A DNA stretch of 64,000 nt from Lepidodermella squamata (lineage: Eukaryota; Animalia; Gastrotricha). The stretch is taken from positions 2,976,001-3,040,000 of the forward strand of contig JBLDXI010000015.1 of assembly GCA_047495785.1 (NCBI GenBank), written 5' to 3'. Positions 27,074 to 40,321 of this stretch are shown piece after piece; positions within the stretch are counted from its first letter, which is position 1; each line of letters starts with the position of its first letter. The notes beneath the pieces are model-generated. The model was not told the DNA's origin. It worked only from the letters and a program-made list of their open reading frames with translations, and did not search any database. The position numbers and the translations under genes were made by a program.

Positions 27074-29385
27074 TCACTTGATGCGTAGCGGCACGAGGAC
27101 GAACGGCTTCGACGAGTCAAGCTCCGTGACCAATCGAACGCGAGCTCGAGCCAGCGCAAGCGAGTTTAAAGCTTTCGAATCCACGACTTGCACATCAGTT
27201 TCTAAAAAAATAAAACAATTTTTAAGGCGGATTTTTTTCCAATTAATTTACTTACGGTGAGCAAAAATAGTCAACCAGGGCAGCTGGTTGTAGTTCTGAT
27301 TGTTGAATCGAGCTTGAATAAATGATTCAAGGGCGTAGTTGTCAATTTTCCGACAACCACATATTGCAACGTGTTCGAGTTTTTCCAACTTGGCAATGTC
27401 TAACAGCGCCTCGCCCGACAACTGGACGAGGTAATTGAGCCCGAGCGATACTAGATCCGGATTGTTTTCAACCACAGTTTTCACACCAGCATCACCAACC
27501 AGGTAGTTGTAGTAGAGGTCGAGTCGTTTGAGCCGTTTCGGGGGTATGAGAGCCATATCGCTGTCTTCCAGGTCACTCGCGACGGATACGAGTTCGGTGA
27601 GGCGAGGACAGTGCGTGTTAATTGCGGCGAGGTGGCGGACGGCGTGCGACCGGCGGCCCCAGTAAACGACGAGCGACTCGAGGCAGGGCAGGCGAGACCA
27701 GGCTTTGGCTAGACGGCGCTCGGCGTACGTTGGCCAGTGTTCGATGACCAATTGGCGAAGGGCACACATGACCAGGGTCGGCAATGAATGCAGGTGAGCG
27801 ACGCTTAGCAGCGGCGAGGCCTGGCAAACGAGTTGCTCGAAACGACTTCCATAGCGGCTCTGAGAAGGACAAAAAATTAAGCTGGATTAGTTTTTTTCGA
27901 AATTTTAACTAACCTTTCCCAGCCACCTAAAGTAGCGCAGCCGGTTAGCTTTTTCGAAGAGAGGTACTTTCTTTCTCCACTCGTCATTGACCACTTCTGC
28001 GTCCACTTCCAGGGTGACAAGTGAGTGGCACTTCTTGAATATCGCAGCGAAAACTAAAGATAAAGAAAAAATTGATAATTTAAAAATGTCTAGGAAAAAA
28101 AATGCTACAAGCTAATTTATCCCCGGAAAACCAAATAATATAGGACTATAATTGGAGCGGCCTTATTGCTATGGATGTATCTTGGATGCGATGCACTTCA
28201 ATTCGTAGACAATCTAAGCGAACTTAAAGTTATCTTCCAGGCTACCAAGATGAGCGCAAGAAAGGTGTATAGTCCACATTAACCGCCTTACGGTACTACA
28301 GCATGTCCCAAATGCTTAGCAACCATTATAAATTATGCAAGTTTTAGCAGGAAATTCAACCAACAGTTCGAAATTTCAACTACCGGGAGAAGCCCCAATC
28401 CTTTATCCGCGAGTTTACAGGAAAAATTGAACATTTATCCGAGAAACCCCGATGGTAACAGTTTCGGTAATTTTACCCGGTTGGACGAAATTTCTCCCGA
28501 AATTTTCAATCCCATTGGTAAGTGACATACTTGACAACTATTCTCGTGGCATTTTGAATTTTTCTAATATTTTTCCGGCCACGAGATGACTTCGTCCTCA
28601 CTCTTAGAGTTTCCGATCCCTTTCCCTTGTTTGCGTTACTTATGCCAACACGCTGTAATACAAGTCCACCTTAATAACTTGATGTTAAACCATCGATAGG
28701 TTTTTTCGATATTTTACCCGGCTGAGCCAAATTTCATCGGAAATGTTTGATCCCATCGATAAGTGACTTAGTGCGAACAACAGCTAATAATTATGAATAA
28801 CCGCTGCATTTTTTGCATGGTGATGATTCATAATTTGTGCAAAAAGATCACACTGATGACATACTGGACTGCCATTCTTGTTGCATTTTGAATTTTTCTA
28901 ATATTTTCTACCCACGGGTATGACTTTAAATTTAGAGTTTCTGATCCCTTTCCTTGTATTTTTTTATTTATGGACGGAGTAATTAAGTCCACCTTAATAA
29001 CTTGATGTTAAATCGTCTTACCATCCATCGATAGGGGCTCAATTTCGACGTTTCGCCCGTCGAACGTGATGTGTTTCAGCGATTCAAAGTCGTTGGCAGT
29101 TGACGCGAACAAGTTCTCGAGAATGGCACTGCTCGCCGGCGTCGTGCTCGTCTCATCTCGCGGAACAATGTCGCTAACGCAGAGTGATTCCAACCGTTTG
29201 ACATACCCATCGACCAGTTGCTTCAGGTCACGGCAAATGCGGCGCAATTGCAGCACGGTCACAAGGTCCAAGGTTTGAAATAGCCGTTCAATAACTTCGT
29301 ACGGTAAATCCAACAAGCATTGCGGATTTGCCACTGGCCAATTAAATTCAAACCCGCTGTCATCTGACACGATGGAATCCGTCAT
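27074..29385 (-). CDS. F-box/leucine-rich-repeat protein, 4 exons
   Basis: F-box LLDLPYEVIERLFQTLDLVTVLQLRRICRDLKQLV; Cys-containing LRRs (CPRLTEL, LKRLDLYYNYLVGD, LEHVAICGCRKIDN). ATG at 29385, stop at 27074-27076. Confidence 0.85.
28390..29036. repeat. Imperfect ~320 bp tandem duplication containing the dispersed repeat, inside F-box intron 1
   Basis: AAGTCCACCTTAATAACTTGATGTTAAA at 28662 and 28985; GCATTTTGAATTTTTCTAATATTTT and TTTTACCCGG are each present twice. Confidence 0.8.
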
Positions 29386-30081
29386 TCGGAGTTTCGAAAG
29401 AAAGTAACGCTCTAAAAAATTGAAATCAGAAAATTCGTAAATCAATTTGTTTTCATTATTAATTTATTCAAGACGAAATACGAAAATCGAACTCTACAAA
29501 TTCACGGAGAAAAAATGACACGAAAGAAGAAAGAATCATCAAGAGTGACAATAGATTTTTTTGTATATATAACGCGAACTGAAATTGTGTCAAGTGCTCG
29601 ATTATCATCAGTTGATTTTGAAATATATAATATAGGAATTTATATATCGCCTTTTAAAATTAAAGCTCTGATACATATATACTGTTCATTTACTTCACAA
29701 CGTCGCGCACACATCATGGGAAGCGCGAAATGAAAAAACAATATTACACCAATGCGAGAAGCCGTATATAATTAAAATTATTGACACTCATAAATTGCAC
29801 TTGCAACAAATCACCAGATATTCTGATTCTTTGGATACAGCTAACTCGGTGAAAATAATAAAGGAATCGTTAAAATAAAACACCTGGAATCAATTTCGCC
29901 CGACCTCTAATCTCTGACCACAGAAACATGCATATTTTTTGATAGAACGTAAGAGACAAGAGGCTAAAAATTGCGACTCAATAGATAATACTATCGCCTA
30001 TCATAATTTTTAAGGTGGAGGAGGGAAATTTTGCACTAAGAACCGCGTGATCGATAGCCATGTCGAATGTTGAAGTCATAT

Positions 30082-30981
30082 TTACTCGTCGAATTTGCGA
30101 TTGGTGTTGGCACCGAATAGCAACGTACGCAGTTGAGGAAGCGTCTAAATACGGAAAAATTAGCTTGGATGGAATTTTTACTCAGAATTCACCCACCTGT
30201 TGCGAGACAAGGTCCAAACGAGCGTCCAAAGTGTTATTGACACGGAAACGGCCGTCACCAACCAAAAGTTCAACGCCACCAGCGCTAAATTTAAAAAATT
30301 ATTCAGAAAAATTCGATAAATTAAGGCCAAGAATTACCATTCCTGAGGCAAGAAATTGCGTTGGTCAATCGCGATTTTGACCTGTTTTCCGGACATGGCG
30401 ACGTAATCGTCAATGCATTTGCGCTGCTGGATGATTTGCTGGACGAGTTCAACGTCCGAACGACGGCAGCGGATGACAACTTCAGGCTCGACGAGCTTGC
30501 ACAGACCCTGCGTGATCAGCATCTGCAACATATACGGGTAGCGCTCGCGGTCGGCTGAAATGTGCACCAAACGCTGCTTAGCATCGTCCAATACAACCTA
30601 CAGAGCAGTGATGAGTCATAAAATACTACAGCGACGTAACTTCAACACACCTTAATGCCATCTTCACGGGCCTTCAGAACTCGCAGACGGGATTGGTTGA
30701 GAGAATTCGACATTTGACTAATAGCAATGGCATGATGAATCATCACCAAAAATTTCGTGAATAATTGCTTACATTTTCTTGGTGAGTTCAAGCTGCTTCT
30801 CCTTCTTGTTGTAGAATTCCATGATTTTGACGCGCTGTTGCTGGACAAGGCGGCCCTTTTCAATGTTGAACTCTTCCTCGGCCTTGGTGTCGATTTCCTC
30901 GGCCTTCTCGCTCGCCTCCTGCTCGATGAAAGCAACCATGTGCTCGATTTGCTTCTCGACATCAGTGCCCTGGTTTGCCAT
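30082..30981 (-). CDS. ATP6V1E: V-type proton ATPase subunit E, multi-exon
   Basis: [89 protein letters not shown]. Confidence 0.96.
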
Positions 30982-31800
30982 GATGAAATTAGATCAGAGA
31001 AAAATACTAACAAAAATCTAAAATGAAACAAAAAAAAGAAAATGATTAAGGTGGACATCACCGACACCCGTTCTTATTATTATTATTATCATATAATTAT
31101 TAATTCATTAGAATTATCGTTATAATAGCAAACACGACCATCTTCGAATTTCGAATGAATGTGCGCTTCACATTATTTGATGAGCATCAAATTTTCAAAA
31201 CTTTTGAATAGAGACGTACAACGGTAGACTGATAAGGCACTGAAAATTTCCAATCGATAGTAGTGCGATTTTGCCATAATATTTCGTTCTCTACAACAGT
31301 ATACAACCACGGCGGAATCGAGATTTTATCAAAAAAAATATGGAAATTATCAGAACCATGAATGGAGCAATCGGACGTAGTAACGACAATAAATGATTAT
31401 AACTGGAGAAAGCAACTTTGATCGCGCAGATTTCCACTTCACACCAGATTATCATTGTGATAAAAATTCATAAATCGGTTTAAACATTTACTTGTCTGCT
31501 AGCATCTTCAAGTCAGATCACAGGGTCTCAGAAAAAGACGAGGCTGAGGCGCGAGAAGAAACACAAAAAAGTAATAATAATAATATAATATAAACGAAAA
31601 AATCAGCTTTGTTAATAATTCATTGCATTTTCTCTCATAATATTGTCTATGCTACTCGGTTTTTTATAGCCCCATTTCAACAAGTTACACCAGGAAAAAT
31701 AGCTATAATATATTTATGAACACAGCACTGCAGACACTTGATGTTGTTGTTTTGTTTTTTGAGAAAGAAACGATGAACACGTGTGATTTATCTGTTTTAA

Positions 31801-32250
31801 TTACCACCGATTAATGTTGAAAATGCGGACTCCGTATAGTTGTGGCTGTTTCGGGATGACGGCGAGAGCGAGCGCGATCACGTTGAGTATAAAATGAAAT
31901 TTGTCGTGGTGCGTGTAGAAACTGGCGAGGAAGAATAGCACTACGGGCACGCAGATCAGAAACTTTTTCGTCGGCGTCTCCTGCGCGCCGTCGTCCAGCT
32001 GTTCCCAGACCGTTCTCTCGCGCTCCGTGTTAGCGAACAGCGGAATCCAAGGCACGCCACGGGTGATGTGGAAGATCACGAAGGTTATCGCGCTATGCGT
32101 CACAACCGTCAAAGTCCAGGCCCATTCCGTGGTGAGAAACTCGAGGGACAGGAAACACAAGTGAATTGCAGCTACAATCAACACATAAACAGTCCAGGCG
32201 CCTCGGAAATTCAGATACTCCCGGTTAGGGAACCCAACTGGGGCTTCCAT
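31801..32250 (-). CDS. ORMDL: ORM1-like protein (serine palmitoyltransferase regulator), intronless
   Basis: PN..YLNFRGAW..Y, WTLT, FHITRGVPW, T.WEQLDDG.Q.TPTKKFL, IPK.PQLYGVRIFNIN. Confidence 0.96.
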   Translation of the reverse strand: MEAPVGFPNREYLNFRGAWTVYVLIVAAIHLCFLSLEFLTTEWAWTLTVVTHSAITFVIFHITRGVPWIPLFANTERERTVWEQLDDGAQETPTKKFLICVPVVLFFLASFYTHHDKFHFILNVIALALAVIPKQPQLYGVRIFNINRW

Positions 32251-32678
32251 TTAATGGCAATAAAAATCTAAAATTGGAAAATAACAAATGCACATTCACA
32301 TTATTTATTTTTCCCACACAGCAAAATCTAGGAGCACTCAAGGATAAAAAATTGTGTCGAATTTGGAGCACCCAGGATCTAAAAACCGCAACGGGTTGAC
32401 TAGGACGAACAAAAAGATAACGCAATCTTGTCATGGATCCGAAAAAAATGCAACCGAATAATTCTGAAAAGAGGAAGAAAGACCGCCCAGTCGATGTCTA
32501 TAGAGTTCGGGCGCAAAAATATTGGTTGTTTTACGACTAGATGAGAGCGTTAAATACCGTTAACCCAAGCTGGGAAGCACTCACTTCTTCAAATAGAAAG
32601 TAAATTTGAAACTTAGCTTGTTTTTCTAGCTACCACCAATCATTTCAATGCACGAGACAAAGAATTGGCACATATGAT

Positions 32679-34265
32679 TCACTCAACAGTAGATTCACGT
32701 GGAACAACAAATGAGGCGATGAATAGTAATAGGGCGAAAACGTGGTGCACGTAAAACACATCCTGCCATATTCGGGTAGTGTCTGCGAAAGAAAGCGCAT
32801 AGAATCCGACCGCCATGTACTCAAAAGCACGCATCGACCAGAAACCGGCTAGATATTTGTAAATAAAATGTCCCACTTTGTCTACCAAAATAGCGTCGGA
32901 TTTTTCCTTCTCAGGAGATCTCGGAATAGACGATTTGTTATGGAAAGGTGACAGTGATGAGACCAGGCTCACTAAACGTGGTATCGTGCGTTCAGTCGCT
33001 AACAAAGCTCCTGCTGTGCCGAAACTAAGGTAATAACCAGCATGTAAGCCGTGCCAATATGCAGAGACAAAAACCGTCACAAAAGCTCGAACAGGTCGCG
33101 GGAAAGATCGCGGTAGACGCTGGTACACATTAGCGGCTAGCCAGTATTGAACAGTCCTATTCCAAGCCCGAAGTTTACCGGAAACAGTTGGGGAAAACTC
33201 GCAGTCATGAATTGCAACGTTGTGAACGCTATCTGTCGACCAAAAAGAGCACCCATCCTTGGCATCACAATAACAAGATCGTTTAACAGCCGGCGCTTCT
33301 TGTCGTAGGACGAGGTGCAAAGCTTTGAGATCAGTCGGGCCAGCCCCAGGCTCAGGCCGAGAAATAGAAGGGTACACGCCGATGCGTAAAGATGCTAGAG
33401 CCGCTTCAGATGCCAACCAGGCCGAGTAAAATCTTAGGCGGAACCATGTGAAAACCGGTACCAGAATAACCAAACGATAAATTGCGCTAGAGACGGACCA
33501 TTCCAAAGACCAAAGGTGCTCGAGTGGAAACAATTTTATCAAAGCAAAATATAGTACAGTGCAGAGGACTGTTTGAAGCAAAAGATTAATAATAGCCTTT
33601 CGACAAAATACAGATAGTGAACACGAAGCCCCGTTCCGAGATATAGCTGAAAATGATCCTTCCATGGCATCATTCCAAGCACGAAAAGAGTAATACGGAC
33701 CGGTATACATACCCGCGTAGGAATACAAGTAGCAAACTATGTCGATAAAAGAAGGAGCGACATCTTTGTACAGAGACTGAAGAACGACGATTCCCTTTGG
33801 GTGGGCTGATATAACTTCGATACTATCCTTGGATGAAGGGAAGTCAGCGGGTTTTTGTCTCAGCTGTTTGCTCCGAAATTCGCTGTCATATATTTCGCCG
33901 CCAATACCAACAATCTTCAATGTTAACACGAGCTGGACAGCATTGGCCAACGCACAAGGTGATGGTAGTCCAAACCAGGTAGCGAGCCGAAATATTGTCA
34001 ATAACGCGAAGGCAAGTGTGAAAAGAAGGCCACGGCGATAAACTTGCACGACTTTCAAGTTAAGCTTGCACAGACTGGCGCAGAGGATGACAGAGGCTAA
34101 ACTGTACAGAAAATCGTATTTACAAAAGAATATTGAGCTGCCGAATCCGATCGCTCCACATGTGAGTTTTCTTGTTAGTGATGACTTGAGCTTTTGAATA
34201 TATATTCCCGAGCCGACGGAAAATACCAAAAATAGAGCGTAAGCAACCTCGTCGTTCATTGTCAT
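32679..34265 (-). CDS. MBOAT7: MBOAT lysophospholipid acyltransferase, MBOAT7/LPIAT1-like, intronless
   Basis: ANAVQLVLTLK, Y.YAGMYTGPYY, RFYSAWLASE, GVYP...PEPGAGPT, WNRTVQYWLA.NVY, SAYWHGLHAGYYLSF (catalytic His). Confidence 0.9.
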   Translation of the reverse strand: MTMNDEVAYALFLVFSVGSGIYIQKLKSSLTRKLTCGAIGFGSSIFFCKYDFLYSLASVILCASLCKLNLKVVQVYRRGLLFTLAFALLTIFRLATWFGLPSPCALANAVQLVLTLKIVGIGGEIYDSEFRSKQLRQKPADFPSSKDSIEVISAHPKGIVVLQSLYKDVAPSFIDIVCYLYSYAGMYTGPYYSFRAWNDAMEGSFSAISRNGASCSLSVFCRKAIINLLLQTVLCTVLYFALIKLFPLEHLWSLEWSVSSAIYRLVILVPVFTWFRLRFYSAWLASEAALASLRIGVYPSISRPEPGAGPTDLKALHLVLRQEAPAVKRSCYCDAKDGCSFWSTDSVHNVAIHDCEFSPTVSGKLRAWNRTVQYWLAANVYQRLPRSFPRPVRAFVTVFVSAYWHGLHAGYYLSFGTAGALLATERTIPRLVSLVSSLSPFHNKSSIPRSPEKEKSDAILVDKVGHFIYKYLAGFWSMRAFEYMAVGFYALSFADTTRIWQDVFYVHHVFALLLFIASFVVPRESTVE

Positions 34266-35299
34266 GCGTTGTGAAATTTACGAATTGGGCATATCAAAAT
34301 TCGATGTTAAATTTATCCTTGAAAGCCATCTTCGCCTAAAATGCGATCAAATATCTTAAAATTCATATAAAAATCAGACGGTGATGATTGAAGAAATATA
34401 TCCCCCACTAAACCACACTCATGGGAGAGGAGAGCCAGGGAAAACGAGAATTTTTGATAAGTGTTAAAAAAGCAATTCGGAATTTTGTCAGTACCTATAG
34501 CAGGTAATTTCTACAAGGGACATTGGATAGGGGGAAGGAAGGCGATCGCAAAAACTGTCGCAAAAACTATCAGGTATGCCGATAAAGAAGTTGCAAAAAG
34601 GAATCTAGTAAACATCTCATCTATTAAGAGTAATCTAAGGATTTATATTCCTGATTTTGCCTGGCACCTGGAGCTTCATCGCTTTGTAATGGACAATCGT
34701 CTGGTGGTGTCAGCAGAGACGCGATGGCCCGAGACGCCCCTAAACCGGGGTCCAACGGTCATTCGATATTACATAATAGCAGTTTTGACACTTAATAATT
34801 GCTATATTTTACTAGAAAATTTTCGACTTCAATAAAATTGCATTGACAACATATTAATGAAAAATCTGAAATTATTTATTTCTCACGAAGGGTGGGTGAG
34901 TAGCCTGCCCTGTCGGTTCGTTTTTCTTAGTTCGACTTTTCCTTTGTTCGGTCCTCTCCGCGACAAGCAGTGTGTATGACGGTCCATTACATTTTGTTGT
35001 GCAGTGTATCGTTCACTCTCTTCGCTTGAAACGTATGAGCGTGAAATTACCTCGTTTTTCCATGTCGACGAGGATGTCTTTTGGTCACTTATTTTCCTCC
35101 GCTCTTCTCGTCGCACTCTTAGAGCTCAGCACCAAAGAAGATAATTAAGTAAATGAAATTGATTGTTGCTGTCCAATGTCCAACCTTTTTACATTGTTTC
35201 TTATGGCGGGCTATCTTCTATAACTGCTTGAGAATTTCCTGTTGCCACTCGCTCTTCAAAGACTACTGATTAATCTTTTAGCTTTCTCACACTAGAATT

Positions 35300-38053
35300 A
35301 TGGAAAATGATGGTGACATATGTCGTGTTTGTCGATGCGAAGCGACGGCAGAGAAGCCCCTCTTTCACCCATGCGTATGTACCGGCAGCATAAAGTTCAT
35401 ACATCAAGACTGTTTGGTCCAATGGCTGAAATACACCAGAAAAAGCTATTGCGAACTATGTCGTCATCAGTTTAAATTCAGACCGATCTATCGACCAGAT
35501 ACACCCACCATTGTCCCATTACGGGACATCTTCTCAGGGATCGCTCGCTCAGTCGGCCGCTGTTTTCGAACATGGCTCCATTGTTATTTGGTGGCGTTTG
35601 TGTGGCTAGGAATCGTGCCGCTGACGAGTTGCCGCATCTACAACTTTTTCCTCTCACAAGCTCCATCTGCCCTCAGTTCAATGTATAACCTTTTTCGTAT
35701 GGATAATTTTCTTTCTGACGTCATCGAAGGATGCGTAATCGTCACGGCTGTGCTGCTTCTTTTTATCGCGTTAGTTTGGCTGAAAGACCAAGTTCAAAGT
35801 AACGCGCCGGAATGGCTACTGAATGGCGAAAATAATAATGCAGTAAACGGAAATCACGGCAATGATGTTGCCAATAATGGTGATGCAGCCAATGACAACG
35901 GTGATATGACTGATGACGAGGATGTTGAAGATGATGATGACGAGCATGGGTTGGATGAAGAAAACGAAAACGACCCGAATAGGAATCAAGCACCAGCGGC
36001 GCAAGCGGATAATCCGGCTCCGGACCATAACGGTGCCGAATTGAACGGGGATCAACAAGGTGATCAAGGTGCAGCAGCTAACAACAATGCTAATAACAAT
36101 GCAAACAACCAAAATAACAATAATCAAGGTGTTTGGATTTTGGGTGGTGACGAGATGACCTGGGATAGAGTTCTTGGTCTTGATGGCTCTTTTGTGTTTC
36201 TTGAACATGCTTTATGGATCATCACTCTGAATTTGATGTTCATTCTGTTCTTTGCGTTTCTGCCAAGCCATGTCGGTTATCACGTAACAGTTTTGATTGG
36301 ATTGTCGACCGCGTTTACTCAGTCTCAGTTTCAACGACCAATTGAGACTTTCTGGGGCTACATGTGTATTTCTGCTCTACTGTGCTTTCTCTATGTCTTG
36401 TGCCCTTTGTTGCACCTGCGCCGTCAAACAGCACGAGTTATCGGTCAAATGTACTTGATTAGTAAGGTGCTCCTCCTGATTGTCATTGAAATATGCGTGT
36501 TTCCAATCGCCTGTGGCTGGTGGCTGGATGTGTTGACCCTTCGTTTATTCGGGTCCACATTGGTCGAGCGCGTGATGGCGTTTACTCATTCACCGTGGAC
36601 TTCGACCCTAGTTCATTGGACTGTCGGAATGATTTTCGTGTTTTATCTTGCCTCATCGTTTATGTTGCTACGAGAGCTTCTTCGTCCCGGGGTGCTGTGG
36701 TTTTTGAGAAATATCAACGATCCTGAGTTCAATCCGATCGTAGAAATGATTCAGTTCCCCGTCTATCGGCACGTCAGGCGAATTGCTATGTCGATTGTCA
36801 TGTTTGGCTGTCTGTCGACGTTGATCATCGACTGGCCGGTTCGAATGGCGGCAATTGCGATGCCCAATTTGCTGCCATATCGGTTCCCATCGACCCTACC
36901 AGCGTCGTTTCCTCTTCATCTGCTAAGTCAACTGTTTCTGCTTAACCTTGTTTTACCAGCCCTGCTAGATCCCGGTCACACCAGGCTTTGGGCGAAAAGT
37001 ATTCTCAATTTGTGGCTCCATGTTGTTGGCGGGCGAATCCTCGGCCTGCATTCCTACTTGTTCGGCTCGCGACTCCTGGAGGCGAATAACCAGAATAACA
37101 ACGCGAATAATAACAATAATGAAGTCGCGATGGTCGGTCAACTTGCCGAACTGCACCAGCAGATGATCGACGTTCAAATGCGGCGGGATGTCACTGATAG
37201 CGAGCCATTTGAGCGTCCGTCAAATTTCTACTTGCGAGTCACTTTTCTACTAGTTATCGGCGGAATTTCATTGTTTATTACCGGGCTGGCCATGTTCGCG
37301 CTGCCCGTCTTTCTCGGCCGACTTGTGCTGCTACATTTCGGCGGTGTTCACCCGGACCATATTCACGATTTGTACTCTGTTTCAGTCGGGCTGTTTCTTT
37401 TATACGGTTTCGGGCGTATGGTTGAATTTGTTATGAAGCAACTTCAGATTTCATGGGCTGATTTTGTAGCGAAGGCAAAACTCGTATTGTCAACCGGGGC
37501 GAAGATTGGTATCGTATTAGGATTGATCCTCGGGGTCTTGCCCTTAATGCTAGGCGCTTTGGTGGACGTTTACCTGCTAGCGGCTTTCAGAGCCCCGCTT
37601 CTCTCAACCCCAATCGGTGAAAACTTGCATTTGTGGGCGACCGGGTTTGTTCAAATCAAACTTCTCGCTGCGCTGGTTGTTCTCGGGCCGAGAAATCGGG
37701 TTCGCGAGGCGATTGAGGCGGTAGCTGGAATGGGAAATGCGAACATCCAGCTACAACACGTGATAATGGACCTGTTCCTGCCCGTTGCTATGATAGTCGG
37801 TTTCTTACTGTCGGCACCATACGTGATCGTACATTCAATTATTCCGTTACTACACATGCGAATCGATATTGAGGCCATCGTCCAGCGTTCTGTCCACTTT
37901 GTCGTATTAGCGGCGACGCTTCTTGCGTTTCTCATCGTTTTTCAAGTTCGGCAACTGCGAGCGCTGTACGTTCGCATCAAGAACGATAAATACATGGTCG
38001 GCCATCGGTTGATGAATTACGACACGCAAACAAAGCAGTACTTGACTGAATGA
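35300..38053 (+). CDS. MARCHF6: E3 ubiquitin ligase MARCH6/TEB4/Doa10, intronless
   Basis: RING-CH domain DICRVCR...PLFHPCVCTGSIKFIHQDCL..WL...CELC, TD-domain motifs WDRVLGLDGSFVFLEH and LRPGVLWFLRN.NDP.FNP, C-terminal IKNDKY.VG.RL.NY. Confidence 0.97.
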   Translation: MENDGDICRVCRCEATAEKPLFHPCVCTGSIKFIHQDCLVQWLKYTRKSYCELCRHQFKFRPIYRPDTPTIVPLRDIFSGIARSVGRCFRTWLHCYLVAFVWLGIVPLTSCRIYNFFLSQAPSALSSMYNLFRMDNFLSDVIEGCVIVTAVLLLFIALVWLKDQVQSNAPEWLLNGENNNAVNGNHGNDVANNGDAANDNGDMTDDEDVEDDDDEHGLDEENENDPNRNQAPAAQADNPAPDHNGAELNGDQQGDQGAAANNNANNNANNQNNNNQGVWILGGDEMTWDRVLGLDGSFVFLEHALWIITLNLMFILFFAFLPSHVGYHVTVLIGLSTAFTQSQFQRPIETFWGYMCISALLCFLYVLCPLLHLRRQTARVIGQMYLISKVLLLIVIEICVFPIACGWWLDVLTLRLFGSTLVERVMAFTHSPWTSTLVHWTVGMIFVFYLASSFMLLRELLRPGVLWFLRNINDPEFNPIVEMIQFPVYRHVRRIAMSIVMFGCLSTLIIDWPVRMAAIAMPNLLPYRFPSTLPASFPLHLLSQLFLLNLVLPALLDPGHTRLWAKSILNLWLHVVGGRILGLHSYLFGSRLLEANNQNNNANNNNNEVAMVGQLAELHQQMIDVQMRRDVTDSEPFERPSNFYLRVTFLLVIGGISLFITGLAMFALPVFLGRLVLLHFGGVHPDHIHDLYSVSVGLFLLYGFGRMVEFVMKQLQISWADFVAKAKLVLSTGAKIGIVLGLILGVLPLMLGALVDVYLLAAFRAPLLSTPIGENLHLWATGFVQIKLLAALVVLGPRNRVREAIEAVAGMGNANIQLQHVIMDLFLPVAMIVGFLLSAPYVIVHSIIPLLHMRIDIEAIVQRSVHFVVLAATLLAFLIVFQVRQLRALYVRIKNDKYMVGHRLMNYDTQTKQYLTE

Positions 38054-38253
38054 ACGATATAAATTAATATCATACGTGCTACTTGTACGCCGTTCTTGTA
38101 TTTTTGTCTATAAATTACTTCATTAATAACAACAATTAAAAGAGTGAAGCAAAATTTCGAAATTAATAACATTTTCTGATTTTTTTAGTCATTGTTATAA
38201 GTAATAATTTTCGCGAGGAATAGCAAAGTTTGAAAACTCGATTTTGTAAAGAA

Positions 38254-38984
38254 ATGGCCTGTGGTGTTACGTTGAAGAGGCACCAGGACTGCCTGGACCC
38301 GTCGGCCAACTCGCTGGGTCCGCTGCACGCTTCGCCAAAACGCCAGCGATTAGTTGCTCACAAACGCTCGCCAACCTCTTCTCTTCACAACTCGCCATGT
38401 GCCTCTTCGTCTCGTGATATGGGTAGCGGCGAAATAAGTAAGCTTGATTATTTATTTTTCGTTTAATTCAATTTCTGTATACATAGCCGAAGATCTTATC
38501 GACGCAGTTGCATACGAAGCCAAACGCCTCATTCATAGCAGCAGTCCTCGAACCTCGGGTGAAATGCAGGTCTCGCAGCCTCAATCTCGTCAGCCTCCAG
38601 TCGCTAGTGAAAATAGCGAACTGAACGATTTTGTGAAGTCTTTCTTCTTCCAGGGTGGCTGTAAGTCGAAATTTTTGAATTATTAAGGTGGAATTTTTAC
38701 AAATTTAATTTTTTTAGTCTCCGGTGCCGACGATGATAGGCCGGTGTTCAATATGAAGCAGGTTGTTTGGATCTGTGCAAAAATCCTAAAACAACGAGAA
38801 GACCATATTCGCGCTGAATACGACAAAGTTCTAGAAAGCAAACTTCAAGAACAGTACGAAACTTTCATTCGATGGACGCAGGACGAGCTGCATCGAAAGT
38901 TCCGCGAAGGAACTCCGTCATGTAAGTATTTCCACGTTAATTAAAATTATTTTAAATAATATTTTTCATTTAGATGTATCTTGA
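38254..38984 (+). CDS. AKIRIN: Akirin, 4 exons
   Basis: MACGVTLKR...SPKRQR N-terminus, FNMKQV..IC...LKQRED.IR.EYD.VL..KL.EQY..F, and C-terminal SYVS* assembled across the last intron. Confidence 0.95.
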
Positions 38985-40321
38985 ATAATGAAACAATGTC
39001 TATCGGGAGAGGCTTTCGATTTTCATTTTTCATCGCCATAAACTTGAAAAAAGCAGAAAACAATGCTACATGGTGGACTGTATGGTAGACTGCATTGCGT
39101 TATTCACTATTTCTTTCCTTTTTTCTTTTCTTTTGTAAATGAAGATAATGATGAGACGTTTTGTGTATTTCGTGCAAATTGTTATTGAAGATATCTGCGT
39201 AAACTAACGCTTCATTATTATCCAGTTTGTGTAATATGGAATGTGAAACTGGTCGATGATCATTGAAGAATAGCACATAAACTGTACATGAAAATGTTGA
39301 TTGCGAAAATTTATGCATCAATCAGTCATAAAAACCAAAATGCCTCATCGCAGTTCATTATTCTATTGTCACATTTATTAATCACACGCGTATTACTGTC
39401 TATGTTATCTATACTATCCTACTATCAAACTTGTTATTCTGTTTCGAATCGAGAATATTGTTCTGATTTTTTCTCTGGTACATAAAAAGGACAACACACA
39501 ACAGAAATTATCTACTGCCAAGGCAAGCAAGTATTTTCAAGTAGATCGAAGTGGAAATTTTCGTGTGCTCTCAACTTTTTGTGATAAGTCCTCCTTAATG
39601 TTAGAGGCAGCCGAAAAGTCACTAGTAGCGGTTTTTAATAGCGGATTGCTGTGTCGGTAGCTAATTATGATTGTTGTCATATTTTTTCTCTTCCGTCGAG
39701 CGTTCTTGAATTCCCGAAATCTTCCTCGAAAATCGGTTACATGTGAAAAATTATCGTAGATTTGTAGTAGTATTATAATTTTCCACCCCTTGCTTACTGG
39801 ACAAAACTTGATTGATCTGGTTCAACTATAATATATCAACCCACCTGTTAGATGAAATTCCTGCTCTCTTTTTTTGTTGCACGTGAGGTGGAAGCGCCTG
39901 CCTAGTTTAAGCCATGTTCCTGTGTGTACAAAGTGTATCAATCAAACTTGTTGTTGCTACATGTGTCAAATTCCCGTTTGGGAATGAGAATTTATCACAC
40001 TCTACAATATTATTGCGTTGCTTATAATGCCATTATTATAACTATTATTGCGTTCTGATATGATATCTATATTATGTATTATAACACTAATAATAACTAA
40101 CAAGCCGGGTGAATAAAACTGACAGGCAAGCATTAATTCTGATTTGTTTCCCAATTTTTCTAGATGGTTTATCGATTTTTAAGCTGGATCCTGATGACTT
40201 GATGTTGTAATAATTGGTATGAGAAGAAATTCTGGTGGTGGTGTTGAATTTTCACACAATATTCCTTTAACTCGGTGTTGGTGTTGCTTTATTAGGGTGG
40301 CGAGAATTATTTTATTCTGAA

